In this document: positions 1-13,400 of the stretch, one piece after another
How positions within the stretch are numbered: position 1 is the stretch's first letter
Layout: every line of letters starts with the position of its first letter
Assembly (NCBI RefSeq): GCF_009834535.1
Contig: NC_045696.1
Location: 26,724,001 to 26,788,000, forward strand
Reading direction: 5' to 3'
Origin: Camelus ferus
Lineage: Eukaryota
Length of the DNA stretch: 64,000 nt
The notes under the pieces: generated by a model
What the model saw: the letters and a program-made list of their open reading frames with translations, nothing else
What the model was told of the DNA's origin: nothing
Database searches by the model: none
Translations under genes and position numbers: made by a program

Positions 1-804
1 TTTGGAGTTCCACCACCCTATCAATTGTAGCAACGTAAAATCTGTGTGAGCTCTGAATTATACACAGAGGAGAATCTACAGGGATTTAGCTTGGGTTAAT
101 AAGTGTCAACTTCCTGCGACTATGAAATAAGCTGGAAATAATTTGCTAGCAAGTTTCCTGAATATGAAGTGGCTTTAATAAGATAGTTTGATGAGTAAAT
201 GAATCAGAAAATTGAGGGCTAAATTTTCCTTACATTTCATACATGTTTGCAGTGATGGTAAGGTCAAAACATTTGGATTGTAATTTGAGCACCATCAACT
301 CTTGAGGTAAAGACTATTTAAACCAAGTCATTGTCAGGCACTAAAATAAAATCATGAATCCCACTGATTCAAATGCAATTCATGAGTCTTGAGCTCATAT
401 TTGAGAAAGGAAAACTAGGCTGCACTGGTATACATCTTATGCAAATCAGCAGCAACATTTTGAAATTGTGAAGTATACAGAAAATCATGTCTACTAATAA
501 TCAACTTGCAAATTATTTTTAAGTAAAATTGAATAAATGTGAAGTTCTTTTTATAAATCCTATACATTTGAATTGAATAAAATAGGGTTACAAGGAGCAC
601 TGGATATTTATACATAACTGAAAGACTCTCATATCTTTGTCAAGGCACTGTGTTATTAACGATTGCTGAGATCATACATTATTAGTGTTTTACTTTCCTG
701 AACATACTTTTTGAATGACAATGTAAACACATATCCTGAATGTATCCATAATAGGTGTTAAAGCAGAAAAAGATCTGACATCATCACATATAGTACTTTG
801 ACAT

Positions 805-915
805 TTTATTTATTCACCCATCCAAGCATATGGAGTATTTACTCTGTCCCACACACTGTCCTAGGCACCGGGCATACTCTAGTAAACACAAGAGGTAAGG
901 CATGGGCCCCACTCT
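805..915 (-). mobile_element. L2 LINE 3'-end fragment
   Basis: Degenerate match to the reverse-complemented L2 tail (ttattcacccatccaagcat...actctgtcccacacactgtcctaggcaccgggcatac...gtaaacacaaga). Confidence 0.55.
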
Positions 916-2275
916 TCCACCTGAAACTACCCACCCACTCACACACAAATGTACAAAATATATGAAATAATGGTTTTCACGAGGATGTTGAAAAACCAAC
1001 AAATAATATCCTCCTTCCTACTTAAAAAAATCTATTGACTGATTTACTTTTATCAGATGATGCTCTGATGATTTAGCCCATCACTCAGACTAGATACCAC
1101 AGAATCATCTTTGATTGCTCACTGTACTGCAATCCAGAAATACAGTTTTTGTTTGTCACATGAATCTGCGTATTATTGTCTTCTGTTTTCCCTCCAGATG
1201 GCCCTTTGAGCCTGTAAAACTAGCCTCTTCACTATTTGTGTATTTCCCATGTTCTAGCAAAGAATAAGATTTAGAGGTTGCTCATCTAAATTCCAAGTTT
1301 ATTGTCAGATAACCTTAACAGGTACTTGCTCTCTAAATATAATCCCTGCTCTAATATAGAGTCCTGTCTTGCCTCTGGCGCCTTTGCCTTCATTCCTGAA
1401 TGCAAATTTCTACCTTTGAAGCATCAAGGTGAATATTTCCTGGGTGGAAACACAAGGTCATGAAAAGGAAAGTACATGTCCTATGTTCATTTTTACATAT
1501 TTGAAGGGTTTTTTTGGCTCTCTGCATGATTTTTCTACTGCATAGAAAGAACAACTGAGCAAAGAATGCTTTACATTTTTCAAAATAAAATGTTCAGGCC
1601 AAGACATTTCATAATCTTGAATTTTATTTTGTAAAGTAGAAAACATTTACTCGGTCTTTCCTTATTGGTGACTTAATCAAGTTGACCTATCAGACTTCTC
1701 TTCTTTCATATTTTATAGCAAAAATTAACAGTAAGGGATTTTGAGAAGTCTGATAATTTTTAATCACTGATTATTATGCTACTAACAGTAATTAAAAATA
1801 CAAACATGTCCTCTTGAACCTTTAGGTCTTATAAATTCAAACCAGTTACACACACATTAAAATAAAATTTTCCACCAAATTAATTTTCCAACAAATTAAT
1901 CAACTATTAAAAATCCACTAATACATTGCATAATATTACAGTGTTTCTTTTTTATCAAGAGCCAATATTATAGTCAAGCTTCATTGAGATGGAAAAGAGT
2001 ATAGTTTTTCAAATCTCCTCACATAAACATTTAGGTTTTATTTTACTTTCAAACCATAACATTTAAGTAGAGGAAAAGGAGACGAGAGGGAGATGTTGGT
2101 AGCTTTGCAAAAAAGTATCCGTTACTAATACAAACACAAGCATGTTTGGTAAAAAAACTAACATTATCCTGCACACTAAAAATAATGCACACCAGAAAGT
2201 ACATAGCAGTAAATAAAGGCTTTCAGGTGAAAATACTGTAATAATTATCAAAACTTCCTTATTAATTAACTGTTA

Positions 2276-2797
2276 TGTCAATTGGAATGCTTTCAATTGT
2301 TAACAGAAACTCCAATGAAAAATGTTAGGTCTCATAACCGGAAGGCAAGAGGAAGAACGATGTCATGGATTGTTGATTCAGTAGCTTAATGATGTCATTA
2401 GGGACTCAGTTCTTTCCATCCCTTTGCTCCACTGTTTACCTTGTTGGCTTATCCTAAGGCTGGTTACCTTTGGGATCATATAAAGGTTCTCAGCAACAGA
2501 TGGAAATACGCTTCCTTAAACAACATCCGAAGGAAAGGAATCTCCCCCTCTCCCAGGGAATCGGGTCCTTTCCCTAAGTCGGAAGAGCTAGGATTTCAAT
2601 AACCAGGAGAATCGCATGTACTTGTCGATTTTAAAAAAAGTCATGAATCACCACTGGAACTAAGGATAGATCTGGTTTCTCCAAAAAGGAAATGGGATGA
2701 ATAGTTTGTCATCAACATCTGAACAAATCGAGAGTTGATTAGGAAGGAGAAAGTGGGGAATAGATTCAAGCTGGGCAAATAGCCTTCATTCCCACAA
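2276..2797 (-). mobile_element. Ancient MaLR LTR (MLT1K/L-like)
   Basis: tgtcaattggaatgctttcaattgttaacagaaactccaa and aatgatgtcattagggactcagttctttccat resemble old MLT1 consensus in antisense. Confidence 0.55.
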
Positions 2798-3724
2798 CCA
2801 TGGCCTGTCGCCACGGAGTGTGCTTTAGCGCATTCCTCCTATCCCCTCATCACAGCACCAGCACGGGGGCTCGCACGTGGCTGGTGCTCCACAGATGCTT
2901 CACTGTCCTGCCTGATGGGGAATTTGAAGGAAGCACACCTACTATAGATAAGAAATGAGGAAGAACCAAGTGGTGAAGAGTAAATATTAAGATGCTGGCA
3001 AAAATGGACTTGTTATCTTGGATTTAATAACGGCCGTGCTGGGCACAATCAAAATGTGTATGGGAAGCTTAAAACATAATGTGGTGCAGTCTCATAGAGG
3101 TGCTGTGGACCATAAAACATAATCCATGCAATCAAAACTAACTTCTACACACGTCAAATCCTTTACTTACACTTGTGAAACTACCATGAAGGAATCATAA
3201 TCCCTGGAAATACTTCTTAGGTTCTGCAGCTGTTATGTATTTTTCCACTCTTTTGTCTCTGTCTTCAAACTCCCTGAGCTCTCTTCCCCTTCCTCTAGCC
3301 TATGGCACTTTTACTCCACCCTTTCTTATTCAGGCTGTTACACATGAAACTCCCCATCATTGTCTAGAAGGTGGGAAGGGCTACATACACTTTTACTTTT
3401 ATATTAATTTTCTTTTCATTGTTACAACAAAAGAATGAAAAGGGACTTGAATTCTACGAATGTGAATCACCAAAAAATTAGTGCAATCCCCCTTGTTGAC
3501 TAAACATTGTTATCCTGAAATAATGAAAACAGATGGAATTTCTGAACCACTATAATAAGTATTATGGGATAAAATTAGGCACTGTAAGTTCTCTGGGATA
3601 AAAGTATGCTGGCAAACTAGTGGAAATTACCTAATTAGCATCCACATACACATATTCTTATAACCACAGGTTTTGCTGTGTTTTTAATAACACTCAGTGC
3701 TGGTGGTGGCGATGAGAGAGCAGA

Positions 3725-4480
3725 CAGCAGGACACGCATTCTCCCACAGAGCAACTCTGAGAGGGTGACTGTTTCTACGCTAGACCTTTAATTGCCCTTA
3801 TCCTTTGATTCTGTACTTTCACTCTTCTCTGAATTAACACTTTAAGAAAAATAGATACACTATAGAGAAGATCAATCTACATTTTTCTCAATGTCAATCA
3901 TAAGTATAAATTATTTGAACAATCTAAATGTATAATACTGATGAAATAAAAACTCGTATTCTAAGGCAAGTCGAGGAAAATTTAAACAAAAATTTTCTCT
4001 GCCCTTTGGCCTCCTTTCTCCCCGCTACCGGGCATTGCGTGCCTGCATTTTGCATCCACCAAGCCTCCCCATCAGCAGAAATACCTGCTCAACTATAAAG
4101 AGCAACATTCTTCCAGCACCAACAAGACAACTCCTTAAAAGATAACAATCCTTCCTAATCTCATAAGCGGCCATGATGACCCATGAGACACTACTTGCTT
4201 TGTACACTTAGACCTGGATTATGTAAACTGTCAGTAATAATGTCAGTTAATGTACAGCCCTCTGTCTCAAAAACTTATATAACTGTACTCTGACTTTAAA
4301 TGGGTGGAAAAATTCTCAGAGCTATCTCAGAGGCTGTTTCCAGGTTATAATCCTCAATTTGGCTCAAATACAATTTTCCACTTATTTCTTAGATCGACTG
4401 ATTAATTTTTTCATTGACAGTACAAAGATAATGATTAAATACATTCTAGTTCATTTATGAAATAGAATAGAAATTGGCTA
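3725..4480 (+). mobile_element. Ancient L1 (L1M-type) ORF2 3' remnant, split by the ERV1 LTR at 3939-4419
   Basis: ccctta-tcctttgattctgtactttcactc and aacaatctaaatgta before the LTR continue as gataatgattaaatacattctagttcattt after it. Confidence 0.45.
3939..4419 (+). mobile_element. ERV1-class solo LTR
   Basis: TG...CA termini, 4-bp TSD atac/gtac, TATA-like ttatataa near 4275, and a full-length paralogue in inverted orientation at 39774-40237. Confidence 0.9.
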
Positions 4481-4489
4481 TGGTATCTG

Positions 4490-4686
4490 TAACTACACTG
4501 AAGACAGCACAGCAGGGAGATAAAAATAATCTGAGTTTTTAAAATTATTATGCTCTTAACTCACCCAATCCTTGACAAGTCCTATCTGGACTTCTTGTTT
4601 TGTAAGCTAATACATTCCCCTTCTTGACTGAATCAAGTTAAATTTGAATTTGTTAATATTTTCACCTAAAGTATTTTAACTAATTT
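4490..4686 (+). mobile_element. Old MaLR (MLT1J/K-like) LTR 3' fragment
   Basis: cctatctggacttcttgttttgtaagctaatacattccccttcttg...aagttaaatttgaattt resembles the MLT1 3' end. Confidence 0.4.
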
Positions 4687-4699
4687 GTAGATCAAATCC

Positions 4700-5712
4700 A
4701 ATAGTATAATAGAGAAATAGTACATTGTGACCAATAGATTTATTCAAGAATATAAGAAAGGTTCAGCATTTAAATATATGTGTGTGTGTATATATATATA
4801 TACTTATATATATGTATATATATAAATATATATATGTATATATAAATTCTTTGGATTAAATGAGTAAGGGAGAAATGAACACACGATTATCTTCCAGCAT
4901 ACTAAATTTTTAAGTATTTGTTCAAGGCCCATTCCTGAATAGAAAATTATCATAATGAGATACAAATAAGAGAAATTTTTCTTAATATGATAAAGATATC
5001 TACAGCAAGTTACAGATATTTAAAATCTTTTAATAGTTTCTAATTTTCTAATAGTTTCTAATTTTAATATTTGGAAGTTTATAAAACAAGGATGTCTGCT
5101 ATCACTTCTACTTTTTGACACTGTCTTTTACCACCACCACTTAAATCAATAATTTAAGAAAAATAAATGAGTTCTAAAATTTTTAAACATTGAGATAAGA
5201 TTTCCTGTGAGCATATCTTCCTGTAGTATGATTTTGAGGTCATATGATTTTGAGACCAATCAAATGAATAAAAACAAAACAAAAACAAAAACAAGATGAA
5301 TTAGGAAGTAGAGCTTGGTGACTAGATACAAACACTTAACACAAATACAACCAAAAAAATCAATTGATCAATTCAGGAAATGTGTGTGGGGTAGGAGGGT
5401 GGTGCATTCCTAACGGTAATAAAACTAGAAAAAAATTTTTTTCTATAAGAGGACATGTTTAAGGTCTACATTTTAAAAAGTAATTATTACTGTTAACACA
5501 TAGGCCTAAAAAGGATTGAAAAAAATTAGAAAGATATATCATGTCCTGGAAAGGGAAGAATCAAGTGTAAGGATATCACTTTTTCTCAAATTAGCTTTTA
5601 AGTTAAATGCCTTCCCAATTAAAATCCTTGCAGGAAAGTGAAACACTGATTCTAAAGTTCATCGGCTGAAAAGATGCAAAAACAGTTGGAATTTTTTTGA
5701 AAAGAGTAAATA
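4700..5712 (+). mobile_element. Ancient L1 ORF2 (RT-region) remnant
   Basis: Decayed L1 motifs in the expected order: gtgaccaatagatttattcaagaat, cttaatatgataaagatatcta, aaaacaaggatgtctgctatcacttcta, aaagatatatcatgtcctgg, ctgattctaaagttcat. No open frame. Confidence 0.75.
4773..4843. repeat. (TA)n/(TG)n microsatellite
   Basis: Directly visible dinucleotide array. Confidence 0.9.
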
Positions 5713-7431
5713 CTAATTATGTCAAATGTAAAAAGTAATAGAAGAGAAATATGTCACTATGTTAAAAGTAATAATCACTGAGTAGCAGGAGAACAAATGA
5801 ACCACTTCTTCTTCCTTAAACAGATTGAGATTTTCTGTAAGAGACACTTATAACTTCTATTTTCAATTAAAATATTAAAAATATATTTATATTTTCTGAA
5901 AGAAAAAGATACAGATTCAACTAATTAACAAAAGGGCTTAATGTAATCACAACATACAATTTTATAATGAATTGTTACTGTAAATGATTGTGAAGCATAA
6001 AAATTAGCTACCATATTTACAGCACTTAATCTGCATCAGAAATGTCCTCATATTGATATGATGCTTCCATTAACATTACAATGTTGACAGTATTTTTTTC
6101 ATATAGAAGAAAATATAGATTTTCCTATTAAGAATGACTTCAAGTTTATAAGAAGTCTATCAAAACATATCCACATTAATGAATAATTAGTACTCTCTTT
6201 GAAGGTGCAGCTTTACATAAAGAATTATTCAGAATTTATTCATATCTTTCTTGAACTCTACAAACATTTCATGTTTGGACAATTTGTATAAATCAAAATA
6301 AATCAAGAAATTAATTCAGAATGATGTCATATTTAATGAGAAAGCTTACTCATATTATTTAAATGCTCCCTCTGCTTTCTATTACAGTGAAACCTTCAAA
6401 TATTTTTGTTTACTAAATACTTTGGAACCACATTTTACTTCTAAAGATTTCAAAATAAATTGTTCTGTTATGTAGACATAAATAAAAACAAGCCATCATT
6501 TTGTCATTCACAAAATTAATAAACAGCCTTATAGTAACAAATGAGTAAAGGAAGAAATTTTATGATATGAAGATTAGAAATAAGACACATATTTTTAAGG
6601 AGGGAAAGCTAAAAGGCAAAGAGTTATAAAATCTGCAGTTTTTAAAGATGTAATAGATTGACAGAAGAAACATAAGACTGATGCTGAAATAGACAGAAAC
6701 AATAGGATATGAACAATGGGCAGGGAACATTGAACTATTCAGATAATTAGGGCTGATCCATTTATTTTGCTCTAATTATACCTCAGTCGGGCCTCAAGGT
6801 CTGGTCAGGTTCCTTTGACAAGCTATTAGATTCATTTTCAGGTATTCCAAAAGGCATCGGCGGTTTCTAAAGTCACCAGAGAACAACGTCAATATCAAGT
6901 ACCAATAGAATCTATCATCGCTGAATCACGTCACAAGATTTAGGACACAAGATGCTGGCAAGAATGCTGAAATAGGCAGCAAGTAGGATCAAATGCTCAG
7001 ACTGAATAATCCCTAAATTTCACCCAAATTTCCCAAGAGGAGATGAGTATGTCCAAGACAGAACCAACAGTCTCATAAAAACAGATCCTAGAGCCAAAGT
7101 TGTATAAGGCAGAAAGCTTAAATATATTTATCTCAAGACATGAAACTAAATAATAAAAACATAAACCAGGGTCTAGGGCATCTCTCTCTTTTTTTCATAG
7201 TTTTTGGGGATTATATATTGACCCATGGTTAAAAATACCTTTTTTTTCCCTCCTTAGTTTCCTTAGAGGAAAATAAAATAAAGCAGGTAAGAACTCACAC
7301 CTATTTCAGCCACCAATTATGAGGTGCTTCTTTGAGAACTGTGAATAAATCATTTGTTTTGATTATATCGTTCCTAACTGACAAAATTTTAACTGAATAC
7401 TGTGGTGGGGGAGATACCATAAAATACCTAT

Positions 7432-8170
7432 ATCTATTCATTTAGTCAAACATTCAGTCATTCATTTCTTCATTAGTTCAACAAGTATTTTTCAAGTACA
7501 CATTGTGCTTGGCTCTGGGAATACAATTGAGAACAAGAAAGTAATATTCCTTCTCATAGAGAATCTAGAGGCAGTTTCCAAGAGTAAGTAGGTAATTAAA
7601 ATTAAATAATGATAATTGTAATGACAGGAGACCCTCACCCTTGGACCTAGTAAATCTTGCTAGAAGATTTGACGAGTGATGTAGAACCTGTGATCTGAAA
7701 GTTAACAACCATCAGCCAGGTAAAATGTGTTTTCATGTGCGATGGGGGTCAGGGCAGACAAAGGGGTATGCCATCAGAGGTGTCTGGAGGCAGAGTGAAG
7801 GTCACGTCTCAAGTTCCAGAGGGAAAAGACAATGCAGCTTGTTTAGGGGACTGAAATTCTTCACTCTGGTTGGATCTCAGAGTTGAATCCGAGTGAACAG
7901 AATTTAATATGAAGACAAAAAAAAAAAAAAAAGTCAGATGCAAAGTGCTTTTGTACATCTGGTACACCTCAAGAGTTTAGCCTTCTGAGATCAGTGGGAA
8001 GCCATGGAAAAGTTTGCAGTCAGAGAGTGTTATGATCCATTTCACATTTTAGAGCAATCACTCTGGCTGCAGCATCATAGATCGTCTTCAGGCAGACGAG
8101 GCTGGAGTCAGGAAGTCCAGTGTGAGGGCTGTAGTCAGATAGTAATGGCAGCAGCCATGTGGACAGTGTA
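7432..8170 (-). mobile_element. L2 LINE fragment
   Basis: cattcatt..ttcaacaagtatttttcaagtacacattgtgcttggctctggg; cagtgggaagccatggaaaagttt; atttcacattttagagcaatcactctggctgcag. Confidence 0.75.
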
Positions 8171-8264
8171 GTAATTGTAGTAACATAGATGACAGCCGAT
8201 GCTCAGTCACTATTACAGCTGCTACAACTGGCTGTGAATGCAGCCAGCAATAAGAAACAATTCT

Positions 8265-8885
8265 TGTACTTTCTTCTTGACTCCCTGTTTGATCAATTAT
8301 CAGCTATTTAATGGTCTCCTAACCGGCTTCCCACATTCATCTACTCTGGCCGACCCTTAATTAACACTGAAGACTGAATTACAATTTAAAAAGCAAGATT
8401 GCTTTTCTCCCTTATTTACTGCCATCCCATTACTCTTAGGGTAAAGACAGCTCTGTTTTTTTTTCTTTTTTTCAACTTTTATTTATTTATTTATTTTTAT
8501 TTTTTACCTTTTTTATCGAAGTATAGTCAGTTTACAACGTTGTGTCAGTTTCTGTTGTACAGCACAATGTTTCAGTCATACATGAATAAACATAGATTCG
8601 TTTTCATATTCTTTTTCACCGTAGGCTACTACAGGATATCAAATATAATTCCCTGTGTTATACAGTATAAATTTGTTTATGTATTTTATATGTATCTGTC
8701 AGTATCTGCAAATCTTGAACTCCCAATTTAGACAGTCCTTAACATGCCCTTCTATCTGCTGGACCACACCTAGCTCCTTAGGCTCTAACATCATTTATAA
8801 TCCACCCTCAATACACCAACCACATTCACCTCCCCACAGCCATTTCTTACCCACTAGGTTAGTTCCTCTCTCTTAAACAGTCTCA
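8265..8885 (+). mobile_element. L2 fragment, interrupted by a younger L1
   Basis: tttaatggtctcctaaccggcttccc and ccatcccattactcttagggtaaagacag resume as gacagtccttaacatg after the L1. Confidence 0.5.
8455..8729 (-). mobile_element. 5'-truncated lineage-specific L1 (3' UTR + polyA)
   Basis: T-rich tail, then atcgaagtatagtcagtttacaacgttgtgtcagtttctg...ttccctgtgttatacag. Homologous to 52800-53100. TSD agacagctct/agacagtcct. Confidence 0.9.
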
Positions 8886-9599
8886 TATCATTTGTCTCTC
8901 CTTTTGGCCAAACAGTATTATAAGCAATGATTGATACTTCAAAAACATACAGAAATATATTGAAATAGATATAGAAATATAATGGGTTGAGCCAAAACAG
9001 CCTCCTTTGTTTTACAAACACACTGAAATAATGGACAAAACATATTAAAAATGTTTAATTGCATAAAGAATCTTGAAAGGAAAGGTAAATCCTTAGGTAT
9101 TAGCACTAAAGCAGAAAATGTTAAAGCCAGCATAATAAGCAGAAACTCGCTCTTGTAGCTACTGGGATTTTTTTTTTTCCACCCAAGTTTAGTCTTTCAT
9201 ACCCATAAATGGATGGCAGGAGACAATCATCACTAAAAATTATTTCTGTACATAATAAAGACTAAAGCTGCAAAAAGCTGTTCCAAATTTAAAGAGAGAA
9301 AAATAAAAAGGCTAAAAAGTCAGTGGGAAAACTTTTATTTCTTCCTTAGGCCTAAGCAGGAAAAAAAAGTCACCAATGGAAAATAAAAACAAAAACCCTA
9401 ACCTCTTTAAGCACAAGCATTAAAACGGAATTTTCATTTGTGTCACGGTGCTATAATCCCAAGCCAGGAAATTAATACAAAAACTGATTTAGGACTTTCT
9501 GGGCCACAGAAAAGTCCATACAAAACCTCCTTTGGGGACATTTGCAGAATCTGGGACTCTCATGTAAACATGCACTTTTTACAGATTAATTTGAATATA

Positions 9600-10153
9600 T
9601 CCCGCATTCAGTCTGGCCTCTGTTACTTGAGTCCCTGTTGATTCTCTCAATTCCTGAATGAACAACCTCAATGATTATGACTTATACTGTTATAGTCAAA
9701 AATCCCTGCCCCCAGCCAAATACGTCATGCACATCACATAGACCAACGATGACATGTATACAACATCAATTAACAAGGAAAGTCCATCACACCAGCACGT
9801 TAGATAAATGGACCTGTAGAAACTCTGCAATTTTCAGTAGCTGCCTAGGTGCTAGGAACTTCTTCTTGTGGGAGAAGACTGATCAGTAAGAGAGAGGAGT
9901 CAGGAATAAGGCATCAGATAAATTGTTCTCTCTTTATCCTATCACCAGCCTCCTCTTCCACAATGCATTGTTCCCTAGAGGCTTTCTGGAGAGACTGTGC
10001 GACTAAGCGCCAGCTATGTTTTGTTTGCAAAGCTGTGGACAGCTCAGTAATACCTTGTCTTGCATTTGCTCCCGTCCCTTCCCTGGCTCACTTTCTACTT
10101 CTCTTCTCCTTCCCCAGATTTTTTTACCCTCCAATATAATGTGAGCATTACAA
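9600..10153 (+). mobile_element. ERVL LTR (LTR16-like) nested in the old L1
   Basis: tcttgcatttgctcccgtcccttccctggctcactttc...cctccaatataatgtgagcatt resembles the LTR16 3' part. Confidence 0.55.
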
Positions 10154-11429
10154 AGGTAATGAAATTTAAAAAAGAAAGAAGAACAGATAAAAGATATTGC
10201 AAACAGGACAATAAACCTACAGGTATTTTGGAATAAGAAATTAGAAAATAGAGAAAAGGCAAAATTTGAAGTGATAATGGTTGAGCATTTTTTGGAATAG
10301 AAGAAAGCTATTTCTTCAGGGAGAGAAAGCATACTAATACTCACCACCATGTTAAATTACGATGAAACTGAAGAAGCTCAAAGACAAAGAAGAAATATTG
10401 AAAGCAGCAAGGAAAAAGAAGATAAATTGCAGACAAAGGAACAACTGTTTAATTTACAGAAGACCTCACATTAGTAAGATTAACATCAGAAAACAATAGA
10501 ATAGTATCTTACCAAGCTGAGAGAAAATAAATGTCAACCCTGAAGAATACACCCAAACTATTGTTTAAGAGTAATATTCAGACAGATTTTTTAAATGTAT
10601 CATCCATAACCCTTGTTGAAAGAAATTCTGTAATACTAAGATAAACTAGTAAGAAAGAAGGAAACTACCCAGAGTAGAAACGTTGTTGGAAAAAGCATAG
10701 TAGTATGCAAGAAAATTAGTGTGTTGCTAGATTTTTTAGAAGACATCAATTATAAGTAACAATAATAATTATAAGTAATAAAGATAATAGTAATTGGGGG
10801 TTTAAAATAATGTAGAATAAGTAGAAAATAATAATGAAAGATTAGAGATAAATTCTGGCAAAATAGATAAAATAAATTTTGTAAGTTATAAATTTAAGGG
10901 CAAACACAAGACTAACAGAACTATAATGAATAAATATTCTAAGACAATAGAAAAGGAAAAAGATAATTTTAAAAACCTAGCAATATTATAGAAGGCAAAA
11001 AAATAAGAAAAAAGATATTAAAGGAAAGATACAGTAACTTTTTTTAATGTAGGTATAATGCCAAATGTATCAGTATCACAATTAATGTAAACAAACTAGA
11101 TATACCTGTTAAAACATGCAATTTCTACAGGTATGTATAGTCAAATCTGGGTATTTGTTATTTATAAATAACCACACATACATATAGCCATACCTAAGCA
11201 TTATAAAAAAGAGAGAAATTTAAAAGTAAAAATTTAGTACAAATATAATAAGTAAGCATTAACCAAGTAAGGATGGTATAAAAATATTACATCAGACAAA
11301 ATACTTTGGGGCAAATTGCATCATTAATAATAAAGTATAATTTCCAATTAATTAAAGTATCAATTCACTAGGACAGTTTTATACTTCTGAATGTCTACAT
11401 ACTTGACATTATTGCCTCATACACAATTG

Positions 11430-11630
11430 TTTATAATAGTATAAATAAATATAATGTGTTTATGTATAATATATAAATATAATTGTTATATATAATTACA
11501 AAATTATTCTATATAATTATATAGAATATATTATTTTAATATATAAGTATAATATATAATGCATTATTATATATCATATATTATTATATTATATAATATA
11601 TAATTATAATATACAGTATAACATTTATGT
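11430..11630. repeat. AT-rich low-complexity (TA/TAA) tract
   Basis: About 200 bp almost devoid of G and C. Confidence 0.9.
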
Positions 11631-12162
11631 ACACAGAAATATATGAACCTACATGTACACAAGGCTTGAATTGAGATGTATATAGAACATGCAACCCAAG
11701 AATTCATGAACATTCTTTAAATACACACCTGAAATATGAATTATGACAATATAGACACTCAGAATGAGAATAGTTGTTACCAAGGATATGATAGAAGTCA
11801 GCTGAAAGGTGAGGAAAAGAAGGGATCGATGAACCAGAAGGTGCTGTGAAAAGTGTTATGGGGGAAATAAATTGGAAGACAGAAGGATAAGCCATGTGTA
11901 TTCCATTCGTTAGAATTTGGTTCCTCATTTAGAATTCACATTAATTATAAAAATAATAAAATGTGTTATATAAATTGTTAAGGAACTATATTATTATTAT
12001 CATAGTTCATTTACTTTGAAATGAGTTGTGGAGATAATAAGGTAAAATTTGTACAAGCAACTATGTGGTTATCTTCTACTCTTAAGTATTTCCTGAAGTA
12101 CAACATACAAAGAGAATACCAAGGCATCTCAGTGTGTCCTTCAAAAGTTAGCTTTATAGGTG

Positions 12163-12167
<5 letters not shown>

Positions 12168-12196
<29 letters not shown>
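12168..12196. repeat. (CA)n microsatellite
   Basis: Perfect AC array. Confidence 0.95.
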
Positions 12197-12200
<4 letters not shown>

Positions 12201-13274
12201 AAAAGTCATTGTGCTAACACGTTTGAGTGTTTCTAACAACTCTATGAATTGATTTTCAATTTCATGGTGTTTTTATTGGTAATGAACCTTCAAAGATGCA
12301 ATCATGTGCATATATTTTATTGAGCAGGTATGTAGCACAAGTTAAATCACTCAGATACATTCAACTGATTACCCGACCTATTAGAACACATGTTTCCTGT
12401 CAGCCCCTCTTAAATCTTAATGACGTATCAATGTATTAAAAATTATGGAGCAAATTAAGATAATCATCTGAATCATTCCAGCAAATAAAGTCACTTTTTT
12501 CCTGGCATACTGGGTGGGCCAATAAAATATCATTAACTTCTAGAACTTCTGACTATTTGAGAAAGTTCTATTCATGTTTGTCTCTAGATAGTCAATTAGG
12601 AAAATGAGCCCGTACATAAATGAATAACTTAAATAAGTTGACTGTGACATGCATGAGGCAAAGGCAAACAACTACTTTCATGTTATTTGTAAATCCAATT
12701 GAGAAGAATATTTTTATAGATTTAAGGAATATGTTATACAAATATATTAATATATTATTAAAATATTACTTGTACAAATATTATCATATATTATAATGTA
12801 TTATTAAAGAACAATTAGATTCACCAAGAAATATCTCCATTTGATTGCTCTATCTTTACTACGTTATTTTATTTGAATGCATTAATATTTTACAGAATCT
12901 AGTAAAATGTCAGTGGCCTGAAAGTAAATTGTAGCCATTATTACTCATCTTTTAATTTTTAATGTCAGAAGGTTCATTGTCATATTGATTGAAAACCTAA
13001 TAAACAAAGAAATGCTTTCTTCTGAATTCAATTAATTTAAACAGAACTAACTAGCTCATATAATCTACGTTGAATTTTACATGCCTCCTGCATAAAGTTC
13101 TAATTCTCTAACGCAGCTATCTAAAAGCCCTATTTTTCCTCCCCAGACCTCCCTTTATCATCCTTCTATTTATCTATATACCCCTCATCTACCTTTTTAC
13201 TGACCTACCTACCCAGCTATAGCCTACTAATTAGAAGTCAGTTCTATCATTGGTCTCATTCCACCTGTGAAAAA

Positions 13275-13400
13275 ACTCCAATTCAGAGATGTTCAGTAAC
13301 TTGATAAATGTCACACAGCTAATAAGCAGAGAAGTGAGGAGTGGAGCTCAAAAATGTCCAGCTCCAAATCCATAATCTCAGTCACTGCACTGTACTGCCA
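13275..13400 (-). mobile_element. MIR SINE
   Basis: cagagatgttcagtaacttgataaatgtcacacagctaataagcagag matches the reverse MIR core. Confidence 0.7.

Larger units (their letters stand above)
8940..11880 (+). mobile_element. Long decayed ancient L1 (5' region, ORF1 end, ORF2 start, 3' fragment)
   Basis: A-rich strand. ORF1-like aaagacaaagaagaaatattgaaagcagcaagg...aaaggaacaac and gctgagagaaaataaatgtcaacc; ORF2-like ccaaatgtatcagtatcacaattaatgtaaa and aaagtatcaattcactaggac. Confidence 0.65.

Noticed and set aside
12541..12570. FRT-like recombination site (tagaactt...aagttcta)
   Set aside because: Only an 8-bp inverted repeat with a 14-nt spacer. It does not match the 13-8-13 FRT structure.
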